Shown here: positions 45,520 through 55,205 of the stretch, in pieces
Layout: each line of letters starts with the position of its first letter
Numbering within the stretch: the first letter of the stretch is position 1
Source: Leptonemataceae bacterium
Lineage (GTDB): Bacteria; Spirochaetota; Leptospiria; Leptospirales; Leptonemataceae
NCBI GenBank assembly: GCA_965227295.1
Contig: OZ245742.1
Location: 1,312,001 to 1,376,000 of the forward strand
DNA: 64,000 nt
Direction: 5' to 3'
Position numbers and translations under genes: made by a program
The notes under the pieces: model-generated
Databases searched by the model: none
The model's input: the letters and a program-made list of their open reading frames with translations, nothing else
Told to the model about the DNA's origin: nothing

Positions 45520-46380
45520 TTGCAAGTCATCAAAACGAAAATAGAACTCCGCGAGGCCCTGGCAACGTGGCGGCGCGAACATCCGGGCGAGAAGCTCGGA
45601 CTCGTGCCGACCATGGGCTACTTGCACGAGGGTCACCTGGAACTTGTGCGGGCCGGCAAACGTGACTGTGCGGCCGTGGCGGTGAGCATCTTCGTGAACC
45701 CGCTTCAGTTCAACGATCCCGAAGATTTCAAGAAGTATCCCGTGGACATCGATCGGGACCTGGGGCTGTGCGCGGAAAACGGGGCGGACTTCTCCTTCGT
45801 GCCGTCGCCGGAAGAGATGTATCCCGGCGAAGGGCCGCTGCTCAAGATGACCATGCCCGATCTCACCCGCAACCTTTGCGGGGAGTATCGACCCGGCCAC
45901 TTCGAAGGCGTGCTCATGGTGGTGGCGCGGTTGTTCAATCTGTTTCAGCCGGAGGTGGCCCTCTTCGGTCGAAAAGATTATCAGCAGTTTCTCGTGATCC
46001 ACCGTCTGGCCCAGGACCTGGACTTTCCCATTGAAGTGATCGGCGTGCCGACGGTACGTGAGGAAGACGGCCTCGCTATGTCTTCGCGCAACGCGCGGCT
46101 TTCGAATCGCGGGCGGGAGCATGCGGAGCTGATCCACCGGGGCATGCGTATCGGTGAAAAGGCCTGGCGCGAAGGTAACTCCGACGCCGCGGAGTTGCGC
46201 GAGATCGTAAAAGATGTGATTGAATCCGGTTCACTGAACCGGGTCGAGTATCTGGAAACGGTGCATCCGGACACTCTCATGGAACTCGAACGCGTGGAGC
46301 GGGACCAGCCGTTCGTTTTTGCCGTGGCGGTTTTTTGTGACGGCGTACGTTTGATCGACAATCTGGAATGCCGGCCGTAA
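45520..46380 (+). CDS. panC: Pantoate--beta-alanine ligase
   Basis: VPTMGYLHEGH, SIFVNPLQF, RPGHF.GV, FGRKDYQQ, GLAMSSRN, RLIDN. Confidence 0.97.
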   Translation: MQVIKTKIELREALATWRREHPGEKLGLVPTMGYLHEGHLELVRAGKRDCAAVAVSIFVNPLQFNDPEDFKKYPVDIDRDLGLCAENGADFSFVPSPEEMYPGEGPLLKMTMPDLTRNLCGEYRPGHFEGVLMVVARLFNLFQPEVALFGRKDYQQFLVIHRLAQDLDFPIEVIGVPTVREEDGLAMSSRNARLSNRGREHAELIHRGMRIGEKAWREGNSDAAELREIVKDVIESGSLNRVEYLETVHPDTLMELERVERDQPFVFAVAVFCDGVRLIDNLECRP

Positions 46381-46410
46381 ACTGCCGCTAAGATTCGAAG
46401 AGGAAAAGTT

Positions 46411-47397
46411 ATGTCAAAGATTCTGCGCATTGCCGGTATCGTGCTGGCCGTCGTGATCCTGCTGCCGCTGTTGTTATCGATGCTGCTCAGTCCTCCAGGA
46501 GGCGGGCGTGCCGCGGCGAAGGCCCAGGGCATCCCGTATCCCGCCGTCGTCGCCCACCGCGGTGCGTCCTGGTATGCGCCGGAAGAAACCGCCCCGGCGT
46601 ACTTGCTCGCCCGGGAAATCGGCGCCGATTACCTGGAACTGGATCTGCAACGTACGCGCGACGGTGTGTTGATCGCTTTTCACGACGACACCCTTGAGCG
46701 CACAACGAACGTCGCGGAGGTTTTCCCCGGCCGCGAAACACAAACCATCGATCGTTTTGCCTGGTACGAACTACAACGCCTGGACGCCGGCTCCTGGTTC
46801 AACGAAAGGTATCCGGATCGCGCGCGGGAATCGTTCGTGGGCGCGAAGATCATGCGCCTGGACGAGGTCATCGATATCGCCGAGGGCGGCGAACACAAAC
46901 CGGGCATCTACATAGAAACGAAATCGCCGGAGCAGTTTCCCGGCATAGAAGAAGAGCTCATCGAGGCGCTCTCGAAACGCGGCTGGCTCCACACGAGCAA
47001 TCCGGAACGCGGGCGGGGCAGCGTCATCCTGCAAAGCTTTTCAAAGGACAGCGTCGCCGAACTAAAGCGCGTGGCGCCCGAAGTGCCGCGGGTGTACCTG
47101 ATCGATGAGGAGATGGCCGCGGACGAGGGCTTCGACAATCTATTGGACCAGGCCGCCGAACTCGGCCACGGAGTCGGCCCGGTCGGCTATCTCGGCTTTC
47201 CCTGGCATACGGGTGCAGTGCATCGTCGCGGTCTCGTGGTGCATCATTATACGATCAACACGAGTATGCAGATGCGCCTGTTGAATTTCTTCGGCAGCGA
47301 CGGATTTTTTACGGACCGCCCGGACCTTCTGTTAGTATTCTACGGGCGAACACAGCCGATGGATCTGGAACAACTCTTTCGGAAAATCGGCTACTAA
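46411..47397 (+). CDS. Glycerophosphodiester phosphodiesterase
   Basis: AHRGAS..APEET, LELDLQRTRDG...HD, IETK, ILQSF, FFTDRP. Confidence 0.93.
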   Translation: MSKILRIAGIVLAVVILLPLLLSMLLSPPGGGRAAAKAQGIPYPAVVAHRGASWYAPEETAPAYLLAREIGADYLELDLQRTRDGVLIAFHDDTLERTTNVAEVFPGRETQTIDRFAWYELQRLDAGSWFNERYPDRARESFVGAKIMRLDEVIDIAEGGEHKPGIYIETKSPEQFPGIEEELIEALSKRGWLHTSNPERGRGSVILQSFSKDSVAELKRVAPEVPRVYLIDEEMAADEGFDNLLDQAAELGHGVGPVGYLGFPWHTGAVHRRGLVVHHYTINTSMQMRLLNFFGSDGFFTDRPDLLLVFYGRTQPMDLEQLFRKIGY

Positions 47398-47433
47398 TAG
47401 TTTTTTGTAAGATATTACGGAGAGAGAGTTATT

Positions 47434-47979
47434 ATGGCACTTTTAGAATCCGAAACGATGGCGAAGGGCACGCCGCTGATTCCCTTCGAACTCAAGGATG
47501 CGAGCGGGGATCTGGTATCGTCGCGGGCCTTTGAGAACAAGCCGGCGTTGCTGATCGTCTTTACGTGCAACCACTGCCCGTACGCCGTCGCCTCCTGGCC
47601 GGACCTGATCAAACTCCAGGCAGCCTACGCCGCGCAGGGTTTCCAGGCGGTGGCGATCAATCCGAACAACAATCCCGCGTATCCTGACGACCGTTTCGAA
47701 ATGATGAAACCCTACGCCGAGAAGATGGGCATCAACTTCCCGTACCTCTTCGACGGTGATCAGGCCGTCGCGAAAGCCTACGGCGCCGTGTGTACGCCGG
47801 ACCCGTTCCTGTTCAAAGACGGCAAACTGTTTTACCACGGTCGCATCAACGACAACTGGAAGGATCCGGCCGCGGTCAAAGAACACAGCCTGGAGCTGGC
47901 GATAAAAGCGGCCCTGGGGGAAGGCGACCTGCCGGCGCAGGAATTTCCGAGCATGGGTTGCTCGATTAAGTGGGTCTGA
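47434..47979 (+). CDS. Thioredoxin-family redoxin (AhpC/TSA-like)
   Basis: FTCNHCPY, AVCTPD, YHGRIND, SMGCSIKW. Confidence 0.9.
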   Translation: MALLESETMAKGTPLIPFELKDASGDLVSSRAFENKPALLIVFTCNHCPYAVASWPDLIKLQAAYAAQGFQAVAINPNNNPAYPDDRFEMMKPYAEKMGINFPYLFDGDQAVAKAYGAVCTPDPFLFKDGKLFYHGRINDNWKDPAAVKEHSLELAIKAALGEGDLPAQEFPSMGCSIKWV

Positions 47980-48607
47980 GTGATTCGAGGCGAGTTAGCC
48001 AGGCGTTGAAGTGTGGGCAGGCGGCACGGATGCGGTCCAGGCCGTTGATGGTTTTGCGATATTCCGGGAAAAGCTGAAGAAGGCGATGCGATGGTGAGGT
48101 TTCGGGCTGCTCGTTGATTTCTTCCGGTTGTAGAACCGACCGAATGGCCCGGAGGTCTTCAATGCGATGCTCGGCCGGGAACTCCTGTTGCACGCGATCG
48201 ATATCCGTAAAGGCCAGCGCTTCGGTTTCATGCAAAGTTAAATGAGCCACAAATCGCGGGTGCTTGAGATCATGTTCGATGGCGGATTCTACGTGGGTTA
48301 CACGAGAATTTCCGGGCCCGGGAGGCCGGCTATTCATACCCGGGGCGTCGCCCGGGAAAGCGTAATAGTCGATCATAGTTGTGACGAATACCGCATCGCT
48401 GTCATTTAGCAGGCGTTTCGTTTCAGATTTTATCTGCCCGTATGAGTTCGTCCCGCCCATATAATGGGGCCTTCCGATTGGGCGCTTTGTTGTTATCATC
48501 TTCGGGATCAGAAAGGTGCTGCAACGGGCGACGAAGTACGGTGACAACATTTTTTTGATGAAGAGGGACTCGGTCTGACCCTCTGTGAGTACCAGTGCTC
48601 TCTTCAA
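47966..48607 (-). CDS. DUF4276-family (TOPRIM-like) protein
   Basis: VLTEGQTE..F, TTMIDYY, LHETEAL, PEEINE..ETSPS.R, IRAACPHF..WL; TTG start overlaps the ATPase stop. Confidence 0.8.
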   Translation of the reverse strand: MKRALVLTEGQTESLFIKKMLSPYFVARCSTFLIPKMITTKRPIGRPHYMGGTNSYGQIKSETKRLLNDSDAVFVTTMIDYYAFPGDAPGMNSRPPGPGNSRVTHVESAIEHDLKHPRFVAHLTLHETEALAFTDIDRVQQEFPAEHRIEDLRAIRSVLQPEEINEQPETSPSHRLLQLFPEYRKTINGLDRIRAACPHFNAWLTRLESLRPT

Positions 48608-49329
48608 AGCGGTGTCCCGCCGATGATGTTTTTGGCCCACAGATCTCCGAGGGAATATTCTCCCAGCCAGGCTTTGAGTTTTTCATTGGATAACCGCTCG
48701 AAAGTGGAACCATGTTCTCCTTGTTCGACGACTACGACATCCTCCGAGGTGAACTGATCGAGCAATGATGTCGATTGCGTGGAGACGATGATCTGGCTAT
48801 TTACGGATGCGGCTTGCAGCATTTCTGCCAGAAGATAATTCGCGTGCGGATGTAGTCCCAATTCCGGTTCGTCTATCAGGATGATGGACGGTGGCTCTGG
48901 TTGGAGTAACAGCGTCGTCAGACAGATAAATCGCAGACTTCCGTCTGACAACGCGGCGGCATTGTGGTGAGTGTCTGAGTACCGGTTTTAGACCTCTGAG
49001 TCAAAGAAGAATTCGTCCGTAGAGTCTGGAGTCAGGTCCGCTTTGTAACCGTTCACGAGCGAGTTATCCTGCGCTTTGAAGTTCAGCGCAAACGAGATTC
49101 GTTCGGCGTTTTCATTGCCATGATAGAGAATCCGGTCGGCCCCACCGTGAAATCGAGTGTAGCGCTGCAATCGCCGGTTCATAATCTCACTTACGAACCG
49201 AAAGAACTCCAGGAAGTTACTCTTCCCGGCGCCGTTTGCGCCGATCAACACATTCAACGGGCGAAACTCAAAATCGAGTTCCCGAATCGACTTAAAGCCC
49301 TTAATGCTAATGCTATCTAAGCGACCCAC
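48604..49329 (-). pseudogene. AAA/ABC ATPase (AAA_21-type), internally deleted with in-frame stop
   Basis: N-half IKGFKSI..NVLIGANGAGKSN ends at TAA 48988-48990; the same frame resumes NRYSD..LSDGSLRF..ILIDEPELGLHP..STQS; the central region is missing. Confidence 0.85.
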
Positions 49330-49427
49330 GGGTAGATCCTGAAGAGACGGAATGATCCCGGCAAGTGTTTCCATGCCGCAAGAGGGCGTACGACGTGCAG
49401 ATCGTTGCACATTTTTTCGGCCGTCCC

Positions 49428-50669
49428 CTACATCGCCTCAAACTGCGTCTTAAACAATTCCTGCGAAGGTACCGGCAGGAATCCCGCCTCGCTGTTTTTC
49501 GTAACGAGGGTCTCGAAGATCTTTACGAGCAGTTCCTGAGTCACCCGCTCCGGTTTGCGGCGTTGCACGGCACCGGCGAGGCCCGGTAAAACGAACACGG
49601 GATGCGGCTCGCCGCCCTGATAACAACGCGCGGCGATGCGTTCGGGCATGGCGGAAAGATCGATCTGCCCCGGACTGAACGAGAGCACGATCTGCCCTTC
49701 ATGAAAGCGCGCTTCGTCGAGTTTGCCCGGTACGTCCGGAGAGACGATGACGAAGTCGGCGTAGTCGTAGACGTGGTCGATGCTCGAAGCGATGCCGCCG
49801 CGTTTTTCGAAGAGTGAGACCTGGCGAAGGTCCGCGTCGATGCCGTAGATCTTTTGCAGGCCCAGGCGTTCCAGGAACGGCAGTATGCCCACGCCCTCGG
49901 GGCCCAGGCCGATCACCGCCGCCGTTTTGCCGGACATCTCCGTTCCGTGAATGCGTGCGGCGTTTTGTAAGATGGCCGCCATCATCACCGGTCGCTCCAT
50001 GGATTCGGCATGGATGATCGGCACTTCCATGAGTTCGTCCAGGCGGTCGACGACTTCCAGGGCGTAGTCGCGATTGAGGCCGGACAATCTCACTGCATAG
50101 AAGTTCGTGCCCAGGGCCTGCACCGCGCGGATCAAATCTTCTTCGTTGCGATTATCAAGGCGCAGAGGAAACGGCTGCACCTGGGCATGGCGTGCGAGCA
50201 GGTAGGCGTCGCGCTCCAGGACCACCGAGGCCCGGTGCTGCAACTCAAAGAGCGAACCGTCGGAAATAAGGCCGATGCGCCGGTCGCTCAGCCGCCGGGT
50301 ATCCTGAGGTCGGGCGTAGAGTTCTTCGACGGCCAGGTCCAGGACCGCCGGCGTCGTAACGGTGAACGATTTCTTAAAGTCAATGCCCCGGGCTGGAACC
50401 GTCTCGAAGAGTGGCCCCTCGTAGACCGAAACATCTTCCCGGATGCGAAAGCTGAGATCCTCGCCGCCCTGTTTCAGCATGGTTTCGAGGGCGTCCCGGC
50501 CGCTGCCCCGCGTGAAGACTTCCAGGCGATAGTACGCAGACTTCAGGTCGGCATAGAGTAAGTTCGAAGATACGATATCCACCGTGCCGCGCCCGTTCTC
50601 TTCGAAGAGGGCGAGGATCGAAGTACTGCGCTTCCGCGGTACCTGTACATCGACTGTGTACAGAGACAT
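49428..50669 (-). CDS. Malic-enzyme-like protein with N-terminal ACT-like domain, degenerate active site
   Basis: IGLISDGS, PFPLRLD, VPIIH and Rossmann VIGLGPEG blocks follow the malic enzyme layout; catalytic motifs not seen. Confidence 0.6.
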   Translation of the reverse strand: MSLYTVDVQVPRKRSTSILALFEENGRGTVDIVSSNLLYADLKSAYYRLEVFTRGSGRDALETMLKQGGEDLSFRIREDVSVYEGPLFETVPARGIDFKKSFTVTTPAVLDLAVEELYARPQDTRRLSDRRIGLISDGSLFELQHRASVVLERDAYLLARHAQVQPFPLRLDNRNEEDLIRAVQALGTNFYAVRLSGLNRDYALEVVDRLDELMEVPIIHAESMERPVMMAAILQNAARIHGTEMSGKTAAVIGLGPEGVGILPFLERLGLQKIYGIDADLRQVSLFEKRGGIASSIDHVYDYADFVIVSPDVPGKLDEARFHEGQIVLSFSPGQIDLSAMPERIAARCYQGGEPHPVFVLPGLAGAVQRRKPERVTQELLVKIFETLVTKNSEAGFLPVPSQELFKTQFEAM

Positions 50670-50747
50670 CCTTCGTAAGATCGGCAGGCAAAACCGCCAA
50701 AATAAAGCCCGCGGGGAACGAAATCCAGGCAAGGGGGGCGCGAAGTC

Positions 50748-51275
50748 TTAAAATACGGCGAGGGGGATGGTGGTGTCTTCGTCGAGTTCGAACGAAAACA
50801 GGGCGTGAAACTTAACGGACTGCGGCGTGAAGTCGCGGTAGACCTTGCGTTCGTAGATCATCATCTGATTGCACCGAAACGAAAAGAGGAACGTGACCCG
50901 GCGCTCGTCGTTTTCCCGGAACTCCAGGCCGTAGTCCCAACTGGGCAGACAACGTGCCGTGAACTGCGGGGAGTAGGCCGCGTTTTCCGAGAGCAGCGCT
51001 CGCAGTTCCTGAATGGCCGCCGCCTCGGTGACCCGGCGCGCGCTCGTGAAGTCGGCGTGCGGATCGATGTCGCCCATGTTCTCTTCGTAGCGGTAGACGT
51101 AGACCGAGCGGGCGTTGCGGACGATCTGCAGGCTCTCTTCCGGGACTTCACCGGGATTCTGCGCGTCTGTCTGATCCTCACCGGCCTGGGCCGATGCGGC
51201 GTGCGGTATCGCTATGAATAGAAGAAACGCGCAGGCCGAGGCCCGCGCGAGTGAACTGGAGATCGACGTCTTCAT
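50748..51275 (-). CDS. Secreted hypothetical protein
   Basis: Signal peptide ending ASA; RCLP...FSFRCNQ Cys pair. Confidence 0.7.
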   Translation of the reverse strand: MKTSISSSLARASACAFLLFIAIPHAASAQAGEDQTDAQNPGEVPEESLQIVRNARSVYVYRYEENMGDIDPHADFTSARRVTEAAAIQELRALLSENAAYSPQFTARCLPSWDYGLEFRENDERRVTFLFSFRCNQMMIYERKVYRDFTPQSVKFHALFSFELDEDTTIPLAVF

Positions 51276-51326
51276 GACTGTACAGTCGATTCGACGGCGA
51301 ACGCTCGAGAATGTTCGCCGAAGTTT

Positions 51327-52868
51327 TTAGAACATGTGGCTGAGCTTGAAGGCCGTGAAGGTCTCAAACTCGGACTCGCCCACGAAGATCGTTACGATGG
51401 TGTTCCGCTGCCAGACGAGGCTGATACCCGGGCCCCACGCCTTGTGGAAACCGTCGAGGGTCCAGTCCTTGATGCCCGGCGCCACCCGGCCGATGTCGTA
51501 GAAGTACATGGCCTGGAAGTCAATGCCGCCCAGGAAACCGACGCGGGCAAAGGTGTAGCGGGCCTCGAAGTTACCCATGGTCATGACCTTGTCCACGAAC
51601 TGATTCGAGGGATAACCCCGCAGGCCACCGGAGCCGCCGAGGCCCTCCGAGCTTTCGTTCATGGTGTAGATGCGTCCCGCCTCGAAAAAGGGGACGTCAC
51701 CGTAGGTCTCCTGACCGAGCAGGCGATAGGCGAGCACCAGTTCGTGGTCGAAAGAGTTGAAGAAACTCGGGGCGACGTCGAAGTACTGGCGCCAGGTAAC
51801 TGTTAGGCGCTGAAAGTCGTAGTGCGAACCGGACCATCCGCCGGCGGCCTCGTAATGGACGTCCGCGAAGATACCGCTGTTCGGGTTCAGTTCCCGGACG
51901 CGCGGACGGCTGTCGTAGCCGACGGCCAGTCGCGTCATGTTGACGTAGCGACGCGTGCCCGCCTCGACGGCGTCGTAGCCCAGGGGCTGTTCTACGTCGA
52001 GCAAGGTCAGCGAGTTGGGTTCCAGCTCGCCGTCGTCGCGGTCGCCGTAGTAGGATTGAATCTTGTAACGTTGACCGCGCAGGCCCACGAACCACAGGAA
52101 GTTCGTATCGCCGATGAAGTTCTGCGTCGCCGCCTCGGCGTACGGGCGAATGCGATCGTAGAAGTAGTACTTGTTCTGACGTTCCCGCAGCACGCGACGA
52201 CCCGGGTTGATGGCGGTGCCGTCGGCAATGCCGTTCGGATTCGTAAGGATGTTCTCGTTGATGTTGAACTCTTCGCCGAACTTCGGGTCCACCAGGTCCG
52301 TGCCGCGACCGATATCGTAACCTTCGAGAATGGTGCGCGTTTCCGGGATGTTCTCGCCTACGGGAACCTCGCCGGTCTGGATGCGTTCGATTTGGCGGAT
52401 GTCCTGGAAGTTGCCGAAGCCGTAGTACTGGGCGTTGAGCGTGCGCTCGAAGCCGGCCCGGATCTTAACGCGCAGACCGGTGCCGAGAAAATTCAACGCG
52501 TCGAGGTTGGCGGCGTGATCCTCGTAGCCTTTAGTGGAAGCGAGATACTGGCCCCAGAGCTGGAACCGGTACGGGTCGTAGTCTTTTTCGTAGTAGGTGG
52601 CAATGACCCGCAGACCGTACGTAAAGCCGATGTCGTCGTTATACGAAGGCAGGGGCAGACCCGTGAACTTCAGACCTTCCAGGTCCTGGGGTTCACCGCC
52701 GGCCCCTGCTGTCGGCTCTTCCTGTCCGTCTTCGCCGTTGTCGCCTTCGTCCCCCGGTTGTCCGAACAACGGCATCGCGACGACACTCGCCGCGATTACA
52801 AATAAAATTAGAACGTTACGCATCCGCAGAACCTTTTCGCTGATCGACTTTATGTATGTGGCTGCCAT
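51327..52868 (-). CDS. Omp85/BamA-TamA family outer membrane beta-barrel protein
   Basis: GLPLPSYNDD.GF.YG start; GLGG..GLRGY..N.F motif; FYDIGRV; terminal Phe; no POTRA domains evident. Confidence 0.85.
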   Translation of the reverse strand: MAATYIKSISEKVLRMRNVLILFVIAASVVAMPLFGQPGDEGDNGEDGQEEPTAGAGGEPQDLEGLKFTGLPLPSYNDDIGFTYGLRVIATYYEKDYDPYRFQLWGQYLASTKGYEDHAANLDALNFLGTGLRVKIRAGFERTLNAQYYGFGNFQDIRQIERIQTGEVPVGENIPETRTILEGYDIGRGTDLVDPKFGEEFNINENILTNPNGIADGTAINPGRRVLRERQNKYYFYDRIRPYAEAATQNFIGDTNFLWFVGLRGQRYKIQSYYGDRDDGELEPNSLTLLDVEQPLGYDAVEAGTRRYVNMTRLAVGYDSRPRVRELNPNSGIFADVHYEAAGGWSGSHYDFQRLTVTWRQYFDVAPSFFNSFDHELVLAYRLLGQETYGDVPFFEAGRIYTMNESSEGLGGSGGLRGYPSNQFVDKVMTMGNFEARYTFARVGFLGGIDFQAMYFYDIGRVAPGIKDWTLDGFHKAWGPGISLVWQRNTIVTIFVGESEFETFTAFKLSHMF

Positions 52869-52870
52869 GT

Positions 52871-53500
52871 TTAGAGAACCTTCTCCGAGTCGAAACTGTA
52901 GTTTAGAATGCCGACGCCGGGCAGAAAGCTCGACGTGATGTTCACGGAGAACTCGCCCTTGAGGCCCGTGGGGCGTTCCTCGGCACGAAACTCGGTGAGC
53001 GTAAGATTGTAGCCGCTGGCTTCGCCCAGACCGGCCGTCGTGCTGACCTGGTTGAGGGTGATGATGTTCGTTTGATATTCCGCGCCCGGCTGATACGTTC
53101 CGGTGACGTTGATATCGTAGGCGTAGTAGGCCGAGTTGAACTGTGGCGCTACCAGTACTATGCGCCCACTCAGGGCCGTGCCCGTGACGAGCATACTGAT
53201 GTTCACGTTGCGTGGGAACGGCTCGCGCAGGGATTCCTGACCGGAGGAGAGTGTCGTTTCGCAGGAGGACAGGGTCTCGACCGTGGTGCCGCCGCACTGT
53301 TCAATGGTGGCGGCGGCGTTCCAGGAAATGCCCTGGGGACCGAGTACGCCGAGGTTGAAGAGCAACGCGTGAAACGCCTGTTCTTCGAAGGACAGGTCGG
53401 CGTTCGGCGCCTCTTCGTCCGCAGACTTACAGTTGGCGGACAGCAACAACAAAGTGATGATACAAACAATAAAGAAACGCGAGAGGAAGGGCGTTCGCAT
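52871..53500 (-). CDS. Hypothetical lipoprotein
   Basis: Signal ending SANC; 2 nt upstream of the Omp85 gene. Confidence 0.7.
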   Translation of the reverse strand: MRTPFLSRFFIVCIITLLLLSANCKSADEEAPNADLSFEEQAFHALLFNLGVLGPQGISWNAAATIEQCGGTTVETLSSCETTLSSGQESLREPFPRNVNISMLVTGTALSGRIVLVAPQFNSAYYAYDINVTGTYQPGAEYQTNIITLNQVSTTAGLGEASGYNLTLTEFRAEERPTGLKGEFSVNITSSFLPGVGILNYSFDSEKVL

Positions 53501-53574
53501 AGCGGGCAGAAGTTAGGGAAGCGTCATTGAACGGTCAACATTTTTTTGTTTACATTGTTTGATATCATGACGCG

Positions 53575-54546
53575 GTGCAGTATTGCACTGTGCAGAACTT
53601 GCATGAATTAAAAGGTCAACCGGTGGCTTCGCGTATGCTGTCGGTCTATGCGCAACGGCATCCACCGCCGTTGATGATCTTTCACGGGCCCGACGGCGTC
53701 GGCAAATGGTCCGCGGCGGAGTCGTATATCCAGGCGAGCATGTGCGAGGTCGGCAGCGGTTGCGGTTCCTGCCCGCAATGCCGCAAGATTCTGCGCGGCG
53801 ATCATCCCGACTTCATTCGATTTCCGGAGGAGCGCGTGTTGATCGGCGAGCAGGAGGACCCGGCACCGTTTACGATCCGCTGGCTCCTGAATACCCGGGT
53901 CCTCTATACGCCCTTCGAGGGGCCGCTGCGATTCGTGCTCTTTCCTCGCGCCGAACTCATTCAGCACGAGGCCGAAACGGCATTGCTGAAGACCCTCGAA
54001 GAGCCGCCCGATCATACGCGATTCATCTTTTTGGTCCGCGATCTGACCGAGCTCAAGCAGACCATCGTCAGCCGGGGCGTGGCCATCCCGTTTCAGTTGT
54101 TGCCCCGGGACGCCATGAGCGAACTCGGCCGCGATCTTACTGCCGAAGAGCTGGATCTACTCGGCGGCAGTCTGCACCTGGCCCCGCATCTGCGCGGGCC
54201 GTTGATGACGAAGATCAAGGAGATGGTCCGCGCGGCCTTCGAGCATCCGCAGGCCCTGGTGCAGTTGGAGCAGTGGATCAAGGCCGGCGAGCGCAAGGCC
54301 TTCGGTGATTTACAGGATGCCGGGAGCGGTTTTGTGCTGGGTTATGCGGATGTTCTGGATTTGATCGGACTGGTGTTGATTCACGATTCCGTGAAACGCG
54401 ACGACGGCGCCGCGATTGCGCGTGCCGTGTTTGAGTTTAAGGCGGATCTGCACAAGGACCAGGCCGGCATGGCGCCGTATCTATTGGGGCGGTTGTTTCA
54501 GCGATTGGATCGCGTGCTGTTTCATAAGAAGGATGCGGCGGGGTGA
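53575..54546 (+). CDS. holB: DNA polymerase III delta-prime-like subunit
   Basis: FHGPDGVGK, C..CG.C..C zinc module, HPDF, ALLKTLEEPP, TIVSR. Confidence 0.8.
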   Translation: MQYCTVQNLHELKGQPVASRMLSVYAQRHPPPLMIFHGPDGVGKWSAAESYIQASMCEVGSGCGSCPQCRKILRGDHPDFIRFPEERVLIGEQEDPAPFTIRWLLNTRVLYTPFEGPLRFVLFPRAELIQHEAETALLKTLEEPPDHTRFIFLVRDLTELKQTIVSRGVAIPFQLLPRDAMSELGRDLTAEELDLLGGSLHLAPHLRGPLMTKIKEMVRAAFEHPQALVQLEQWIKAGERKAFGDLQDAGSGFVLGYADVLDLIGLVLIHDSVKRDDGAAIARAVFEFKADLHKDQAGMAPYLLGRLFQRLDRVLFHKKDAAG

Positions 54547-54579
54547 TTACGGCTGCTTCGCATAGCGCCGGTTCTTTTT

Positions 54580-54921
54580 TTAGAGAAGATCCAGAACCAG
54601 CCGCAGTCCTGATTCCACCGTGCTGATCGATTTCGGTGTGATCCGTTTGACTTTCTCTTCGAAGCGGCTCCGGTCGAGCACCGTAAGCTGTGAAACGTTC
54701 ACAACCGAGTCGCGCGGCAGGCCGGATTCTTTCTTCGTGAGCAGGACATTGCCCGGGGCATCCGCGTAGCTCAAATTCGAGGTAATCGGAGCCACAATGA
54801 CTGTTGCCAGAGTGCTCCTGGTGAACGCATCGTTTTGAACGATAAGTACCGGGCGCCGATAACCGGGCTCACTGCCCTGCGGGATTCCGAGATCTGCCCA
54901 CCAGATTTCACCACGTGTCAT
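54580..54921 (-). CDS. mazF: MazF/PemK-family endoribonuclease toxin
   Basis: RGEIWWADL...GSE...RRPVLIVQND, APITSN, GLPRDSVVNVSQ. Confidence 0.93.
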   Translation of the reverse strand: MTRGEIWWADLGIPQGSEPGYRRPVLIVQNDAFTRSTLATVIVAPITSNLSYADAPGNVLLTKKESGLPRDSVVNVSQLTVLDRSRFEEKVKRITPKSISTVESGLRLVLDLL

Positions 54922-55156
54922 GCTTTAGACTGCTGCGGAGCGATTCCAGGCCGGCATCGGCCGCGGAGTTTCCCGGCGGGTTGTCCTGTTTTTCGAGGAC
55001 GGCGTTTAGCCGACGCGTGATCCGGTCCTTGTCGTGCCGGTTGATGAATTCTTCGAGGGCCCGGGCGTAGAGCTGGCTTCTGGCTATGCCGAGTTTCCGG
55101 GCGGTTTTTTCAGCTTTATCGAACAAATCGTCCGGGATGGAGACGGCGGTCTTCAT
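54908..55156 (-). CDS. RHH antitoxin (ChpI-like)
   Basis: MKTAVSIPDDLF..AE..A..LGIARSQLY..AL; overlaps the toxin start. Confidence 0.9.
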   Translation of the reverse strand: MKTAVSIPDDLFDKAEKTARKLGIARSQLYARALEEFINRHDKDRITRRLNAVLEKQDNPPGNSAADAGLESLRSSLKHDTW

Positions 55157-55163
55157 GTTCGAC

Positions 55164-55192
55164 AGGGTAATACCGGGTTATACCGGCGTCAA
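55164..55192 (-). promoter_or_regulatory. Sigma-70 promoter with tandem operator boxes for the mazEF-like pair
   Basis: Minus strand TTGACG, 17 nt, TACCCT; GGT-N3-ACC boxes at 55166-55174 and 55176-55184. Confidence 0.65.
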
Positions 55193-55205
55193 GAGGTAGA
55201 ACCAA

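Noticed and set aside
45504-45524. TGGCAT...TTGCA before panC as a sigma-54 promoter
   Set aside because: GG-to-GC spacing is too long for a -24/-12 element.
52869-53297. N-terminal extension of the Omp85 ORF (656 aa in track)
   Set aside because: Overlaps the upstream lipoprotein gene in another frame; the signal peptide begins near 52868/52823.
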